DNA of 62,856 bases from Octopus sinensis (Eukaryota), in contig NW_021832571.1 of assembly GCF_006345805.1 (NCBI RefSeq), positions 1-62,856 of the forward strand. The letters run 5' to 3'. The notes beneath the pieces were generated by a model. It had not been told where the DNA came from. It did not search any database and saw nothing but the letters and a program-made list of their open reading frames with translations. Positions 25,201-37,882 of the stretch are shown one piece after another. Positions within the stretch are counted from its first letter, which is position 1. Every line of letters begins with the position of its first letter. A program made the translations under genes and the position numbers.

Positions 25201-25923
25201 CCTCTTGCCACAAACTGACTGTCAGAAACATTCCATATATTTCAATTCAAGATAATTAAAGAATATGTTTGCTTATTTGTTTTTTTTTATTCAGAACCCC
25301 AACCGCCAAACTTAGCCTCATCTTTTTTTTTCTTCTTCTTGGTCTCCCCCATGTCAAACCAGCTGAATGAGGACTCACTTTTTCATTCATTCATTTTCTC
25401 ATTCACTCTATATCCACCAGAAACACTTGGTTTAAAAAAATGAATGATTTAAATCAAAAGTTATTAAATTCAGTGTCTGAATAATGGTGGGAAGGTTTTT
25501 GTGATCAGATCTTGGATGTGACATCCAGAGCAAAATCAAATCAAAAGCTTAACATATATGCATCAAGAGGCCCCAAAACTATTTTAGATTCAACGTATAG
25601 ATATAAAACTGTTAACTAATTTGCCCAATTACAAAAAGAAATAATTAACAGCACATAATTTTTAACCTAACATCAAAATGAGACATCGCTTCCTATACTA
25701 CATCCGTTACATGTGTTGTGTATTGGAAACAACACTGTTCTATTTTTATATTTCTTTTTATCAAAGTGTTTTCATATTTTCATTGACGATGAACTTACAA
25801 ACTTTATTGTTCCAAACAAACTGTAAGGGACTCGTACACAAATATGAAAAACTGTGACAAAAAAAGATGAAACTAGAATACTATGTGTTTTCAATGTATC
25901 TGTAAAAAAAAATTTGGCCCTGC

Positions 25924-25943
25924 ATATATATATATACAAATAT

Positions 25944-26017
<74 letters not shown>

Positions 26018-26032
26018 TATATATACAAATAT

Positions 26033-26065
<33 letters not shown>

Positions 26066-26113
26066 CAAATATACACACACACACACATTATATATATATA
26101 TATATACAAATAT

Positions 26114-26189
<76 letters not shown>

Positions 26190-26250
26190 ATATATACATA
26201 TATATATACACACATACATATAATTATATTTGTATATATGTGTATGTATT
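25924..26250. repeat. (TA)n/(CA)n microsatellite
   Basis: Directly visible. Confidence 0.95.
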
Positions 26251-26490
26251 TTTTTTATATGTTGATATTCCGTTCTTCATTACTACGGATATAGGTAAAG
26301 TTAGACAGCGAATGTAAAATCAGATTAATCTTTCAGTTTTCACACATAAAACTATAAATTTTTCTTCTTCAGTTAAATGTAGAATCCTCCAAAAGCAATT
26401 ACTCTCTCTCTTTCTTTCTATCTCCCCTATTTCACTTTCTCCCTTCTATCTATCTATCTATCTTTACCTGTCTATCTTGCTATCTATATG

Positions 26491-26539
<49 letters not shown>

Positions 26540-27016
26540 TTATCTATCTATCTCTCTCTATTTATCTATCTGTCTCATACACATATTAACACACTCCCAC
26601 CCATTCTTCTTTCATTCATTGGTGATAAACATTTTGTCATTTCTCTCTTGTCTGCAAAACCATGGATTTCCAAGCTTCTCTCAGAATGGATTCATTTAAC
26701 AAAGACTCGAAAGTAAAACTGCTTCTACTGTCTCCTTTCCTCATTGATTAATTAAATATTTTGTATCATCTCTTTTGAAGAATTGTGAGTTGAAAACCTT
26801 GTACAGTATCAGTGAAACAAACTCTATGTAACTGGGCTGGCTAGGACTATCAATGCCACCATTTAACATAAAATATTAGAAAAAAAAATGATGTGATATG
26901 ATGCAGATAAAAAACAACAATAATTACATTAGCTTTTTTTCATGTTTCTGATGTTTGTTTTCTTCATGTTTTTTCTCAATGCTTGGAAAAAAAAAGGAAC
27001 ATCTTTAATTTGTTTC

Positions 27017-27049
<33 letters not shown>

Positions 27050-27061
27050 GGATGGGGTGGG

Positions 27062-27290
27062 TAAGGTGGTCAGCTGGCAAAATCATGTTGGACAAAATTG
27101 CTTCACAGCATTTCACCTGTCTTTACATTCTGGGTTCAGATTCTGTGGAGGTTCACTTTGCATTTCATTCTTTCGGGGTTGATAGAAAAAAAATAAAAAA
27201 TAATAATAAAGTACCAGTTGAACACTAGAGTTGATGTAATCGACTTACCTCCTCCCTCCCCTCTGACTTGTACCAAAATTTGAAACCATT
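27062..27290 (+). mobile_element. Meta-domain-like tRNA SINE
   Basis: Aligns by eye to 19277-19490. Confidence 0.7.
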
Positions 27291-28529
27291 GTTATGGGTG
27301 GGGCTTCAAACAAAATCATCTTCAATCAAAATAATGTCCCTTTTACCTTTCTGGCATCGATTCAATGTTAAAAGGAACAGACAAGCCACAGGTCTATGCC
27401 AAGCTCCAATGTCTGCTTTGACATGGTTTCTATAATTTCATGCCTTTCCTAATGCCAACCACTTTACAGAGGGTACTGGGTACTTTCTTATTTTCTTTTT
27501 GGAGGCACCAGCATCAGTGAGGTCATTGAGTACTCACAAGACAAGATCTTTCCTCAACCGAAAGGGGTAAATTATGATAGATAGGAACAGGTGTGTTGTT
27601 GAAGAGGGGGATACATGGCTTCCTAAAATGCTTAGTGTTATTTCATCGTTCCATCCATTTACTTTCCAAAGTTCAAATTTTATTGACACCAACTTTCTTT
27701 CATTCTTCAAAATTCAATAGCATAAAGTATCAGTGAAGTACTGACTTCACTTCAATAGGCTTTACCACACACAATTTATAATCTTGTACCAAAGTTTAAA
27801 AAAAGTATCATTATGATTAAAATAGTCATCTGTGCATCATACTTAATGCAAATACATCTCAGCAAACAAAGTTTACTATGGTATTCATTGAGAGCTAATA
27901 TCACTTATGGGCATACAGTGTTAAATGACAAAAATTTAATGGTAGCAGAAGAAAATTGTCCAGTAGTAGTGGAAGTGAGGATGTTAGCTGGGCATTTCTG
28001 CCTTTTTGGGCTTCGGCAGCAGCATGTACTCAGTAGTAGCCACTTGGCAAAACAAAATCCATCATCACTGATATAGGAAAATAGTAACTGAAAAATCACT
28101 GATGTTGCAATAAGCTGGCTGGTTGAATAAAATTGATATATGCAACAGAAGCATTCCCACTCTGCTGTTGGATGATTTTTGTCTACTACAGATATATATT
28201 TCTGTGTTTTTTAACATAAGAGATACTATCTCCAAATGAATGCTGCAGTTAATTTGGCTTTCTATACTGTATCTGCATTAAGTATGATGCACAGGTTGCT
28301 ATTTTATGCAAATACTGCTTCTGTTGCACAAACCAAATAATGATGGTTGTGTAAAGAGCTGTCAGGTAATTGATAAATTTCTAGCTAGCCATGCATGTAC
28401 TTACATTTACCAGTCAAAATAAATTCATGTCCTTTATGCTGTTAATGCCCTTTGGGACAACATGAAAACCCCCATTACTTTGCTGTTTCCCCTACAGAAT
28501 TGTGGTTTGTGTCACTTATACTACTGGTG

Positions 28530-28922
28530 CATTATTTACATTTTTACATTTGACGGATAATTGTCCTCATCTTGTTTGTTAACACAACATTTCATCTGAT
28601 ATACCCTCCAGCCTTCATCAGGTGTCTTGGAGAAATTTCGAACCTGGGTTCTCATTCCCATGGGCATATGGCATAGTGGTTAAGAGTGTGGGCTTCTAAC
28701 CCCAAGATTCTGAGTTCGATTCCAGGCAGTGACCTGAATAATAATAATAATAACAACATCAAAAAATACCTTAGCAATGAGAACCCAGGTTCAAAATTTC
28801 TCCAAGACACCTGATGAAGGCTGGAGGGTATATCAGCTGAAATGTTGTGTTAACAACAAACAAGATGAGGACAAATATCTGTCAAATGTACATAATTCCT
28901 CATCTCTTAAATATAGAACTAG
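28530..28922 (+). mobile_element. tRNA-headed, hammerhead-containing short retroelement with upstream inverted partial copy (copy 2)
   Basis: 10-bp TSD ACTACTGGTG (28520-28529, 28923-28932); inverted arm 28530-28658; tRNA-like head from 28662; hammerhead-like 28804-28852 (+) and 28581-28628 (-); 3' tail about 28891-28922. Confidence 0.88.
28804..28852 (+). ncRNA. Minimal type I hammerhead ribozyme-like motif
   Basis: GACAC-CTGATGA-A-GGCTG(GAGGGTATAT)CAGCT-GAAA-TGTT-GTGTT: stem I GACAC/GTGTT, stem II GGCTG/CAGCT; the four arms imply a consensus GAAACGTT with palindromic stem III. Confidence 0.75.
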
Positions 28923-29059
28923 ACTACTGGTGTTATTGATAAAATTATAGACATCATAAATTACCCCATTTCTCTCTCGTTTGAAGTCCTCTTCATACAT
29001 AAGAGCTCTATTCTAGTGTAGTGTGCCAGAGAGCAAAAGTCAGTTATTTATAAACAAAA

Positions 29060-29385
29060 GACTAGCACTCCATTGGTCACTCAATGAGAGTTTCAGTTGG
29101 TCTGGTCAATGGAACAACCTGCTTGTGAAATTAACATGTAGGTAGCTGTGCACTGAAACATGTGGTACCCTTCATGTAGTTCTGAGGAAGATTCAGCTTG
29201 ACACAACATGATAGGGCCAGGCCCCTTGTGAATTACAGGTACCACTCATTTTTGCCTGCTGAGTGAACTGGAGCGATGGGAAATAAAGTGTCTTGCTCAA
29301 GGACACAACATGTCTCTAGGAATTGAACTCACAACCTAACAATCATAATCTGAATATCCTAACCACTGAGCCATGTTGTACTTCA
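29060..29385 (-). mobile_element. tRNA-derived SINE (same family as 39240-39530)
   Basis: Reverse complement shows TCCTTGAGCAAGACACTTTATT...GCTCCAG..CACTCAGC..GCAAAAATGAGT. Confidence 0.7.
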
Positions 29386-29411
29386 CTTTACACAACTATT
29401 TAAAAACTGTT

Positions 29412-29635
29412 TTAGCCCTTCAGCATTCAGCTCATTCTGTCAACTCTAAAGCTTACTTCACATCGTTCTGAATGAATCATGCATTGCTTTGTAGCTCTGA
29501 GATTTCAGTGATGTGATTGTTTATTTTTAGAACGACATTGTAGAGTAGGTGTGAAAGGCCAGATCTTGCTGGAATTAACATAAACCAGTGGAACATTCGG
29601 GTCTGATGTGGCCAGTTTAAATGCTAAAGAGTTAA
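29412..29635 (+). mobile_element. piggyBac-like (TTAA) MITE, family 2
   Basis: TTAGCCCTTCAGCATT ... AATGCTAAAGAGTTAA; second copy at 38323-38550. Confidence 0.6.
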
Positions 29636-30244
29636 ATGGATATCATTTGGTGTCAGGCCTTCAGTTGTTATTGAGGTGGCCCTGTTACTGACCTGTGGCT
29701 AAATTCTGTTCAATCCTGGAAAATGGATAACTTTATTGTTCACTTCAATGTCAGTTGGAGACATAACAATTGAGACATCACTTCCAGAAATAACACCACT
29801 GACTGACACTGCCCAGGTTTACAGAATATCAATTATAGGTACAAGCCTTATCAGTGGTCCTCAACTGACATGTCTGTGTGGTTAAGAAGTTCACCTTGTG
29901 TCTTGTAGGAATATAACCAGTTTATGGCACATAAATCTTAACAAAATCTTATATGGACCCTGGGTAGGGAACTATTGAACTGAACTCTTCAATGTAAGTG
30001 CCCCAGTATGGCAACAGTCCAGTGACTGAAACAAGTAAAAAAAAAAAAACAATCAAAGCTTTGTTGAATAATCTCTGTTGAACATTCAGTTAAAATTTCT
30101 ATCAAGTTCCTAGCTTAAGAACCTTTATTTTCTCCCCACCCCTTCTGAAATGTTCTTAAACTTCATTTATATTCTTTTAATTAAATATTGATTACATTTC
30201 CAGTTTGTATGTTTTCTTCTTAAATGTTCCTCTTTTCCTGTTAA

Positions 30245-30466
30245 CCCTTTCGTTACCCTATTTCTGTTGAGATGATCCTACGTTTCTTTCAATTACTTTA
30301 AATTTAACAAAGAATTTAGTAAAATAACTTAGTTACCATTAAGCTAGTGTTAGGAATATAAATTGTGACTAAGGTTTGGTGGAAGATTTTAATTCAGAAC
30401 TTATGAAATCAAGACATTTGTACTACAGAACCCGAACCGGTTTCAGCTGGTTTGGTATCGAAAGGG
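30245..30466. mobile_element. piggyBac-like MITE, family 1
   Basis: TTAA-CCCTTTCGTTACC ... GGTATCGAAAGGG-TTAA; diverged inverse copy at about 38713-38908. Confidence 0.75.
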
Positions 30467-30589
30467 TTAAATCTTGTTGGATCTACAAAAATGGTTGTGA
30501 TCTTTATGACATGTTTCTGATGTTGCTACTCTTTCTCAAACAGCAACCACTTTGATGCATTGATTGCTAATATATTGAGATTATACTAC

Positions 30590-30780
30590 AAGACATCAAA
30601 CTGGCAAAATGGTTGGCATTTTGTCCATCTTTACGTTCTGAGTTCAAATTCTGCCGAGATTGACTTTACTTTTCATCCTTTCAGAGTTGAGAAGCCAAGT
30701 ACCAGTTGTACACTGGGGGTTGATGTCATCGACTCACCCCACCCCTGAACTTGCTGGCCTTGTGCCAGAATTTGAAACCA
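30590..30780 (+). mobile_element. Meta-domain-like tRNA SINE
   Basis: TTTACGTTCTGAGTTCAAATTCTGCCGAG...TTTCATCCTTTC...GTACCAG...GGCCTTGTGCC. Confidence 0.72.
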
Positions 30781-32052
30781 GTGCATTGAGAGGGATCTTA
30801 CCTCAACAGAAACCTTATGTCCCTCTCTTCTTCTCTTATCTTTTGTTGACATGGTTATAATTTTGTTTTTTCATTTTGTTTTTTAAATTTGAATTTCCCT
30901 TAAATTTTCATTTAATTTTAACTTTTTACAGATGTCTCAATCCCTATTGCAAAAAACAGAAATTAATTTCATCAATATTGTAATTTTATGATTTTCATTT
31001 TTTAGCCCTTCATATATAATTTTTGACAGCCTTTTTGTTAATTTTAATTTACAACTTTTGTTGTTGTTTCTCTGTATTTTTTAAAATTTTATTTATTTAA
31101 ACTTTTGTTTTCCTTTTTGTAAACAATTCCCCTGGTCATATGATGTTGAGTTGATATTGTTTTTGATACTCTTAGCAAAAGCATGTCTCCATTACCCAGT
31201 CTTTTAAACAAACTGGGCTTTGTGCCATGTAAAAAAAGAAAGAAAAGAAAAAAGCAGGAAAAACAAATTTCCATGGGCCACACAAAACATGGCTCATCAC
31301 CAGGCAAGCCACACTAATAAAAAAACTGAAGGTAATTTTAACATTATTTTCCTTGTGATATTAGGCATGCCATTCAGGAAGTCCTGTGAGCCACATGTGG
31401 CTGAAGAGCTGCACTTTTGCCCAGGACTGATTTAGAAGAATAGAATAGAATTATGGAACCTGCTGAGATAGTTGAACATATGGAGTGCTCCAGTTTGGTA
31501 CCTCCTTATTGTTCCAAGACCAAATCTTGACTCAGCTGACTTCACTTTTCTACTCTCTCCGATATTTATATCATAAATCCCAGCAATAGATAAACTAACT
31601 TTATTTCTCTTTAATCACAATAAACTGTCTTCTCAAATGGATATATATTGTTATATACGTATATTATTTACAGTGAATTTAATTTCTTTTTTTTATTTGA
31701 TTTAATAAATTTCTTTTAAGTTTTATTTCCTCTGGTGACCTCTCCTGTTGAAATGCAAGAAAACATTACAAATGCAAAGGAAAGATAGAAAATTAAATTT
31801 TGGTTTTGATTATTTTTCCTAGCTGGAGCTGTTCCAGACTATTGGTTAGATGGAGTCTTCAAGTTTGTCTCTCTTAAAGTGATGTGAATACTAAGAGAAA
31901 CAACAACAACAGTTATATACCCCCCCCCCCCACACACACACACACATACATATATGAGTAAATATACATACTGATACATGCACACAGATGATATTTGTAA
32001 ACACATAACAAGAAATTGTTGATCAACAAAAGCATTTTTCACATTTTGTCAG

Positions 32053-32166
32053 AAACTGCTGAATGACGTTGTGCAGAATGAGAGACGGAAGTTGAGCCAG
32101 ATCAGAGCTGAAGTAGTGTCCGACTGCAAGACGGAGATGAAAAATTACATGGCAGAGCAGCGGCAG
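32053..32166 (+). CDS. CCDC91: CCDC91 homolog, penultimate coding exon (KLLNDVVQNERRKLSQIRAEVVSDCKTEMKNYMAEQRQ)
   Basis: TTTTGTCAG acceptor, CAG|GTGGGT donor, 114 nt phase 0; resembles, from memory, vertebrate CCDC91 ...RDELIEYIKEQKR. Confidence 0.82.
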
Positions 32167-33399
32167 GTGGGTTTAGAATTTGTTGGGCTGTTACCCATTC
32201 CCTCCTTTAACTACAGGCTTCACTTAGTTCTTCAACTCTCTCTTTCTTTCTCTTCCTCTCTCTCTTTTTCTTTCTCTTCCTCTCTCTCTCTCTCTCTCTC
32301 TCTCTCATTCTGCAACAAGCAAACACACTCATCATATATGAATACCATTCACAAGTAATGAGGGAGCATCCATGTTGTTGCCCTCAACATGTTAGAAAAA
32401 AGTAAGATTTTCCTCAAATCACACTCTACTTGCCTAAGAAAGGAAGGACACAGTGGTCCTTGATATTTTCATCATCATTACACATCCACTTTCCCATGCT
32501 TCCATGGGTCACATGGAATTTACCAAAGCAGATTTTCTGTGGCTGGATGCTCATCCTGTTGCCAACCTTCCCGTAACCAAATGAGATAAGATTTCCTTTG
32601 CCCGGACCTGTTTTTCCTTGGAAGATTGGAAACAAACATCACCTGCATGATGTCAGAACAAGGGCAACTCACACAGACACACTTTCAGTTTATGTCCAAT
32701 AAATCTACTCACAAGACTTTGGTCGCTTCAGAACTATATTAGAAGACATTTGTCTCAGGCGACGTGCAATGGGGATTGAATCCAAGACCAAATGGTTGAG
32801 AAGCAAGCCTCTGAAGCACAAAAAAAATTAGAACATAGCTTAGAATGCCTGAAAAAGATGGAATGATCATGGTTTCACTGCTCTTGATCATAAGTTTACT
32901 CAGTGAGTGCTGACCTGGGGCTAAACAATAATGTTAAGTTCAGACATTTACCTATTGTTTGTACAAGTCTCGATGTCCTTCCTACCACCAGGTGTAGAAT
33001 TCATCATTTAATGCCTGTATTTGATGGTTTGACAGGAACTGGTAAGGCTACGAGCCACACCAGGTTCCATTGTCTGTTCTGGCAGGGTTGCCACGGCTGG
33101 ATGCCCTTCCTAATGCCAACCACTTTCCAGAATATACTGGCTGCTTTTTACATGGTGCCAGTACAGGTGCTTTTTAAGTAGCACCAACACAGGGGTTTTT
33201 TTATGTGGCATCAGCACCAGTGCTTTTTATGTAACACCATTATTGGTGCTTTTCACATGGCACCAACACCACCAGGATCCGCAAGTAACTTGCAAGTAGA
33301 AACAGTATCTCTTGTGAACTAAACATAAAGAACAATGTGCTTTACCTGAACATCCAATACACTGACTGCCAAGGTAAAAGGCTGGATTCATCACCTTAA

Positions 33400-34258
33400 C
33401 CCATTAACTGTTAAATTTTTTTATTCATATTTTTTGGCTTTGCCAGGTTTCTTAGGAGTTAGAATAATATATAGTATTTAAATTTTCTTCATATGTGAAT
33501 TATTTTGGAAATTATGATAAATTTTTCGAAAAGTCCCAAATGGGGATCACTGAAAAAAAGCACATTCATCCTTTTCTATTCAATTGCAATAATAAACATT
33601 TTAATTGTTTTTTTTTTGAAACTGTAGAATCAAATGCGAAGGTGAATGAAATATCAACGAATGATATAAATGGGAAATGCGAAGGTGAATGAAATATCAA
33701 CGAATGATATAAATGGGAAATGCGAAGGTGAATGAAATATCAACGAATGATATAAATGGGAAATGCGAAGGTGAATGAAATATCAACGAATGATATAAAT
33801 GGGAAATGCGAAGGTGAATGAAATATCAACGAATGATATAAATGGGAAATGCGAAGGTGAATGAAATATCAACGAATGATATAAATGGGAAATGCGAAGG
33901 TGAATGAAATATCAACGAATGATATAAATGGGAATGCGAAGGTGAATGAAATATCAACGAATGATATAAATGGGAAATGCGAAGGTGAATGAAATATCAA
34001 CGAATGATATAAATGGGAAATGCAAAAACAAAACAAAATACGTTTTCAGAACAGTCAATACTTTTGTAGTTCAAAAATGGCGATTTATGACATAAAATGT
34101 TCTCTAGAATTAACCAGAGCAAATAATGACAAACTTTAACGACTAAATATTGTTAAACACACCTCTGCAAATGCAATGTCCATAAGTAATTCACTTGAAA
34201 TACAACGAACGACCGGCAGTGAGACTGTTTTTAGCAGGGGTTCATGGCGGGCAATGGG
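33400..34258. mobile_element. piggyBac-like non-autonomous element containing a minisatellite
   Basis: TTAA-CCCATT ... AATGGG-TTAA termini. Confidence 0.55.
33632..34023. repeat. 43-bp minisatellite, ~9 near-identical copies (AAATGCGAAGGTGAATGAAATATCAACGAATGATATAAATGGG)
   Basis: Directly visible, period 43. Confidence 0.97.
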
Positions 34259-34935
34259 TTAATCTTAATTTGACACTCTGATATTGGTGACGTGGTTAAA
34301 TACTGGGTTAATTGTTGTACACTACTTGATTTTAAGTCTCCTCTGTCTGAGTTCAAATCATGTTAGTGCTGGGTTTGCTTTTCCTCCTGCAGAGTTCATT
34401 ACCTGAATTTTCAGTAATGTCATCCATGTTATAAAACCCTGACAGGATTAACTGTGTCACCTGCTCTATGACAATACTTACTCACACACAGCACTTGCTA
34501 TAATGGAAATACAACCCACCACCACTTCCACATACAGATGCACTAATATATAGTATAATATATGTGTGTGTGTAATACGCACACAAACTGCAGAGTACCT
34601 CAAGTAGTCTAGTATGGAAAATATGGGCACAAATGATGATAGCAGTGCTTATAAAGCTAGATTTATATATCCTAAAATTGCAGAAGAATTTGTCGTTGGG
34701 GTAGTTTAGCTTAATGGTAAAGCACTTGACACATAAGCATAGGGATGTGAGTTTGATTCTCATGGCTGGCCGCCAACAGATTTTTCCGCAAAATATGGAT
34801 AGTTTATCCTGTTCATGCTATATTATTAGCATTATCCGGCATCTGAGAATAAAATTAATTCCTTATCTCTATCTTTCAATACATCTCAATGCTTCTAAAG
34901 CAAACTTTGTTTGTTGACTTTCAATGTAAGTTGAA

Positions 34936-34984
<49 letters not shown>

Positions 34985-35267
34985 CATATATACATACATA
35001 TATATATGTATCATTGCTATTATGCAAAAGTGTTGTAAGTCCCAAATGTTGATTTTTAAAAATAGTTTCACTATTCCATAGCAAAACTGTTGTACTACAC
35101 TTTTTGATATCTTGGCATCTGAAGCAGCTGGAGATAAGATAGTTTGACCAAAAGAACTGGGTATGGCAAGCAAAAATAAATATTGAAAGAAAAGCATTTG
35201 GCCAAATTTGGACATATGACAGTTTAACATAATAGTAACTCTCTCTCTCTTTCTCTCTCTCTCTCTC

Positions 35268-35308
<41 letters not shown>

Positions 35309-35309
35309 C

Positions 35310-35640
35310 TTGTTTCAGTCATTTGATTGCAGCCATGCTGGAGCATCGCTTGAAGAATTTTTAGTTCAATGAATTGACTCCAGTACTTATTTTTTAAGCC
35401 TAGTACTTATTCTGTCAGTCTCTTTTGCCAAACTGCTAAGTTATGGAGATGTAAACACAACAACACGTGTTGTCAAGTAGTGGCTAGAAACAAACACACA
35501 CACATATACGATGGGTTTCTTTCACTCACAAGACTTTGGTCAGCCCAAGGCTATAGTCAACATGGTGTCACACTGTGGGATTGAACCTAGAACCATGTGG
35601 TTGGGAAGTATGCTTCTCATCACAGCCATGCTTGTACCTA
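35310..35640 (-). mobile_element. tRNA-derived SINE with LINE-like tail
   Basis: Same head and tail as 13590-14252. Confidence 0.72.
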
Positions 35641-35939
35641 TATATGCATATATATTATACACACGTATGCACATGCATGCATACACATATACAGAACAAA
35701 GAGAAAGGAGTATGCAATCCTAGAAGGTAGAGTTATAAATCTCTGGAAGATTGTAAAGAAAATGGAACGTTTGGAAGATTTTTGTTCAAGTCAAAACATA
35801 AAGACATAAACAAAACTAGAACCAAGCATTGACTCGTGATTGTATGGAGTCTGCCTATGACTCTTGAAATGAAAGATCTTGTTGGCTGATCATCATCATA
35901 TACTTGAACTTTAAGACTAAAACTTCACACACAGAGAAA

Positions 35940-36140
35940 TGTGCCTACATGTGCTGGTGCCACATAAAAAGCACCCAGTGCCACTCTGTAAAGTGGTTGG
36001 TGTTAGGAAGGGCGTCCAGCTGTAGAAACCTTGCAAAACAAGATAATTGGAGCCTGGTGCAGCTCTCCAGCCTTGCCAGCTCCTGTCAAACCATCCAGCC
36101 CATTCCAACATGGGGGATGGGTGTTAAAGGATGATGATGT
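35940..36140 (+). mobile_element. RTE 3' tail-derived element
   Basis: GTGGTTGGTGTTAGGAAGGGCGTCCAGCTGTAGAAAC...GTTAAAGGATGATGATG, reverse complement of the 7745-7940 region. Confidence 0.72.
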
Positions 36141-36154
36141 ATATCAATATTGTA

Positions 36155-36540
36155 TGGGGTTAAGAAACTCACTTTGCAATCGTACGGTTTCAGGTTCAGT
36201 TCCATTGCATGGCACCTCACACAAGTGTCTGCTACTATGGCTGTATGCCAACCAAAGCCTTGTGAGTAGATTTGGTAGACAGAAACTTTGTAGAAGCCCA
36301 TTGTATGTATATGTATGCACCTGTGCCTCTTTGCTTGTCCCCCACTGCCGCTTGACAACGATTGTTGGTTTGTTTACATCCCTGTAACTTAACAATTTGG
36401 CAAAAGAGACTGATAGAATTAACCCCAGACCTACCTTTTAAAATAAAAATTTAAAAAGTACTCTGGTTGATTTGCATAGCTGAATCCTTCAAAGTGGTGC
36501 CCCAGCATGGTTGCTGTCCAGTGACCAAAACAGATAAAGT
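36155..36540 (+). mobile_element. tRNA-derived SINE with LINE-like tail
   Basis: Head GGTTAAGAAACTC...GGTTCAGTTCC; tail GGTGCCCCAGCATGG...CAGTGACCAAAAC. Confidence 0.72.
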
Positions 36541-36972
36541 ATATATAATATACTCGCACACATTCATGCATGTGTACATAAGCACACACACACACGTCTG
36601 TGCTTATATACATGTGTACTTGTTTATTTCTATTTCTCTCTTACTGATGTACTTATATACCTATATCTATCTATCTATCTATCTATATATATACATATAT
36701 ACACTCAATGCCTTTCAACCTTAGGTTATGTTGTTAAAAGCTAAGTTGATTAACTCTTATGACTTTCTCTCTAAATATCCTTCTAATATTTTTTTCCAAG
36801 ACATTCAAAGGGTGAAGTCCCAACTAACATATCTGCCTGTCCCTCAGCATTTAGGGAGTTCAGTTTCATCCTAGAAATCTCAATTCCTGGCTTCTTAATC
36901 TAAATCTATAACAGCTGAACCATCTGCCGACCATTCTCGGTTTTACCTTCAACCTCCCTCTCTTTACTTCAG

Positions 36973-37365
36973 CTGGACAATCAACTGCGCCAACAGCACT
37001 ACGTAGCTCTGGACCTGTTTCTGGAAAGTGCAAGACAACAGCTCAAGTTGTTGATGGACAATGGAAGCCGGACTGAACATGCACCTCACACCGGCCCCGA
37101 TTCCCGTGCTGGCTGCGCTACTTCACCTTTCTCTTCCTCATCACTCTCACTACCACCACCACTATCATCATCATCGTCATCATCGTCATCATCATCACAA
37201 TCATCAAGCACAACAGGAGCTGCTGCTGCAACACCACTATCAACATCGTCCACTGTTGCTACTGCCACTTTAACAACAACAACAACAGCAGCAGCAACAA
37301 CAACAAGCTCCTCTTCTTCCTCCACCTCATCACAACAAACCAAGTCTAATAACGACTCTAGTTAA
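36973..37365 (+). CDS. CCDC91: CCDC91 homolog, terminal coding exon (LDNQLRQQHYVALDLFLESARQQLKLLMD + S/T/A low-complexity tail)
   Basis: Strong pyrimidine tract + TTCAG acceptor, phase 0, open to TAA 37363-37365; first ~28 aa resemble, from memory, the CCDC91 C-terminal helix LDQVIRQRSLSSLELFLSCAQKQLSALI. Confidence 0.82.
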   Translation: MDNQLRQQHYVALDLFLESARQQLKLLMDNGSRTEHAPHTGPDSRAGCATSPFSSSSLSLPPPLSSSSSSSSSSSQSSSTTGAAAATPLSTSSTVATATLTTTTTAAATTTSSSSSSTSSQQTKSNNDSS

Positions 37366-37842
37366 ATGGAAAACGCTGCAGACTCACGTTGAGGTGTTGC
37401 AGTTGTTGAGGATTGATGTAACACATTAACCGAGAGGTTGCACTAGAGACCGGTCAGTCGGCTGCAGTGTTGCTCTTCCATTTCGTGAAGGTCATCGGCA
37501 ATACCTTGTAACGTTCACGCCCAACATCAAGTCAGCAGGTGGCAATTAACGGTTGGTGAACTGTGGCAATTAACGGTTGGTATTCTGTGACAAATAGGAT
37601 TTTAAATTCGTATCGCATCAGGGATTTTTCATTTTGCTGTGGTGAAAAAAAAAAGAAAGGAAGATTCTACGTTCTGTTTGTTATGTTTTTTGTTATCCCA
37701 CAATAACAATATCTTGGTTACTGCTGCTGTTATCGACTTACTGTTCCTATCTAAAGAAGAAATCTGGATTTTATGGCTCTTTTTTTTTTCGTTTTTTGTC
37801 GAGTATTTGAGTGAATTTGGTTTCAAACTCCTTCTTTCGTTG

Positions 37843-37882
<40 letters not shown>

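Noticed and set aside
37061-37343. Overlapping poly-His (+) and poly-Asp/Val (-) ORFs
   Set aside because: Alternative-frame readings of the same trinucleotide repeats; only the S/T frame connects to the splice acceptor and conserved helix.
37539-37581. 24-bp duplication containing MYB-like TAACGG sites in the putative 3' UTR
   Set aside because: Simple local duplication; the motif is too short to support function.
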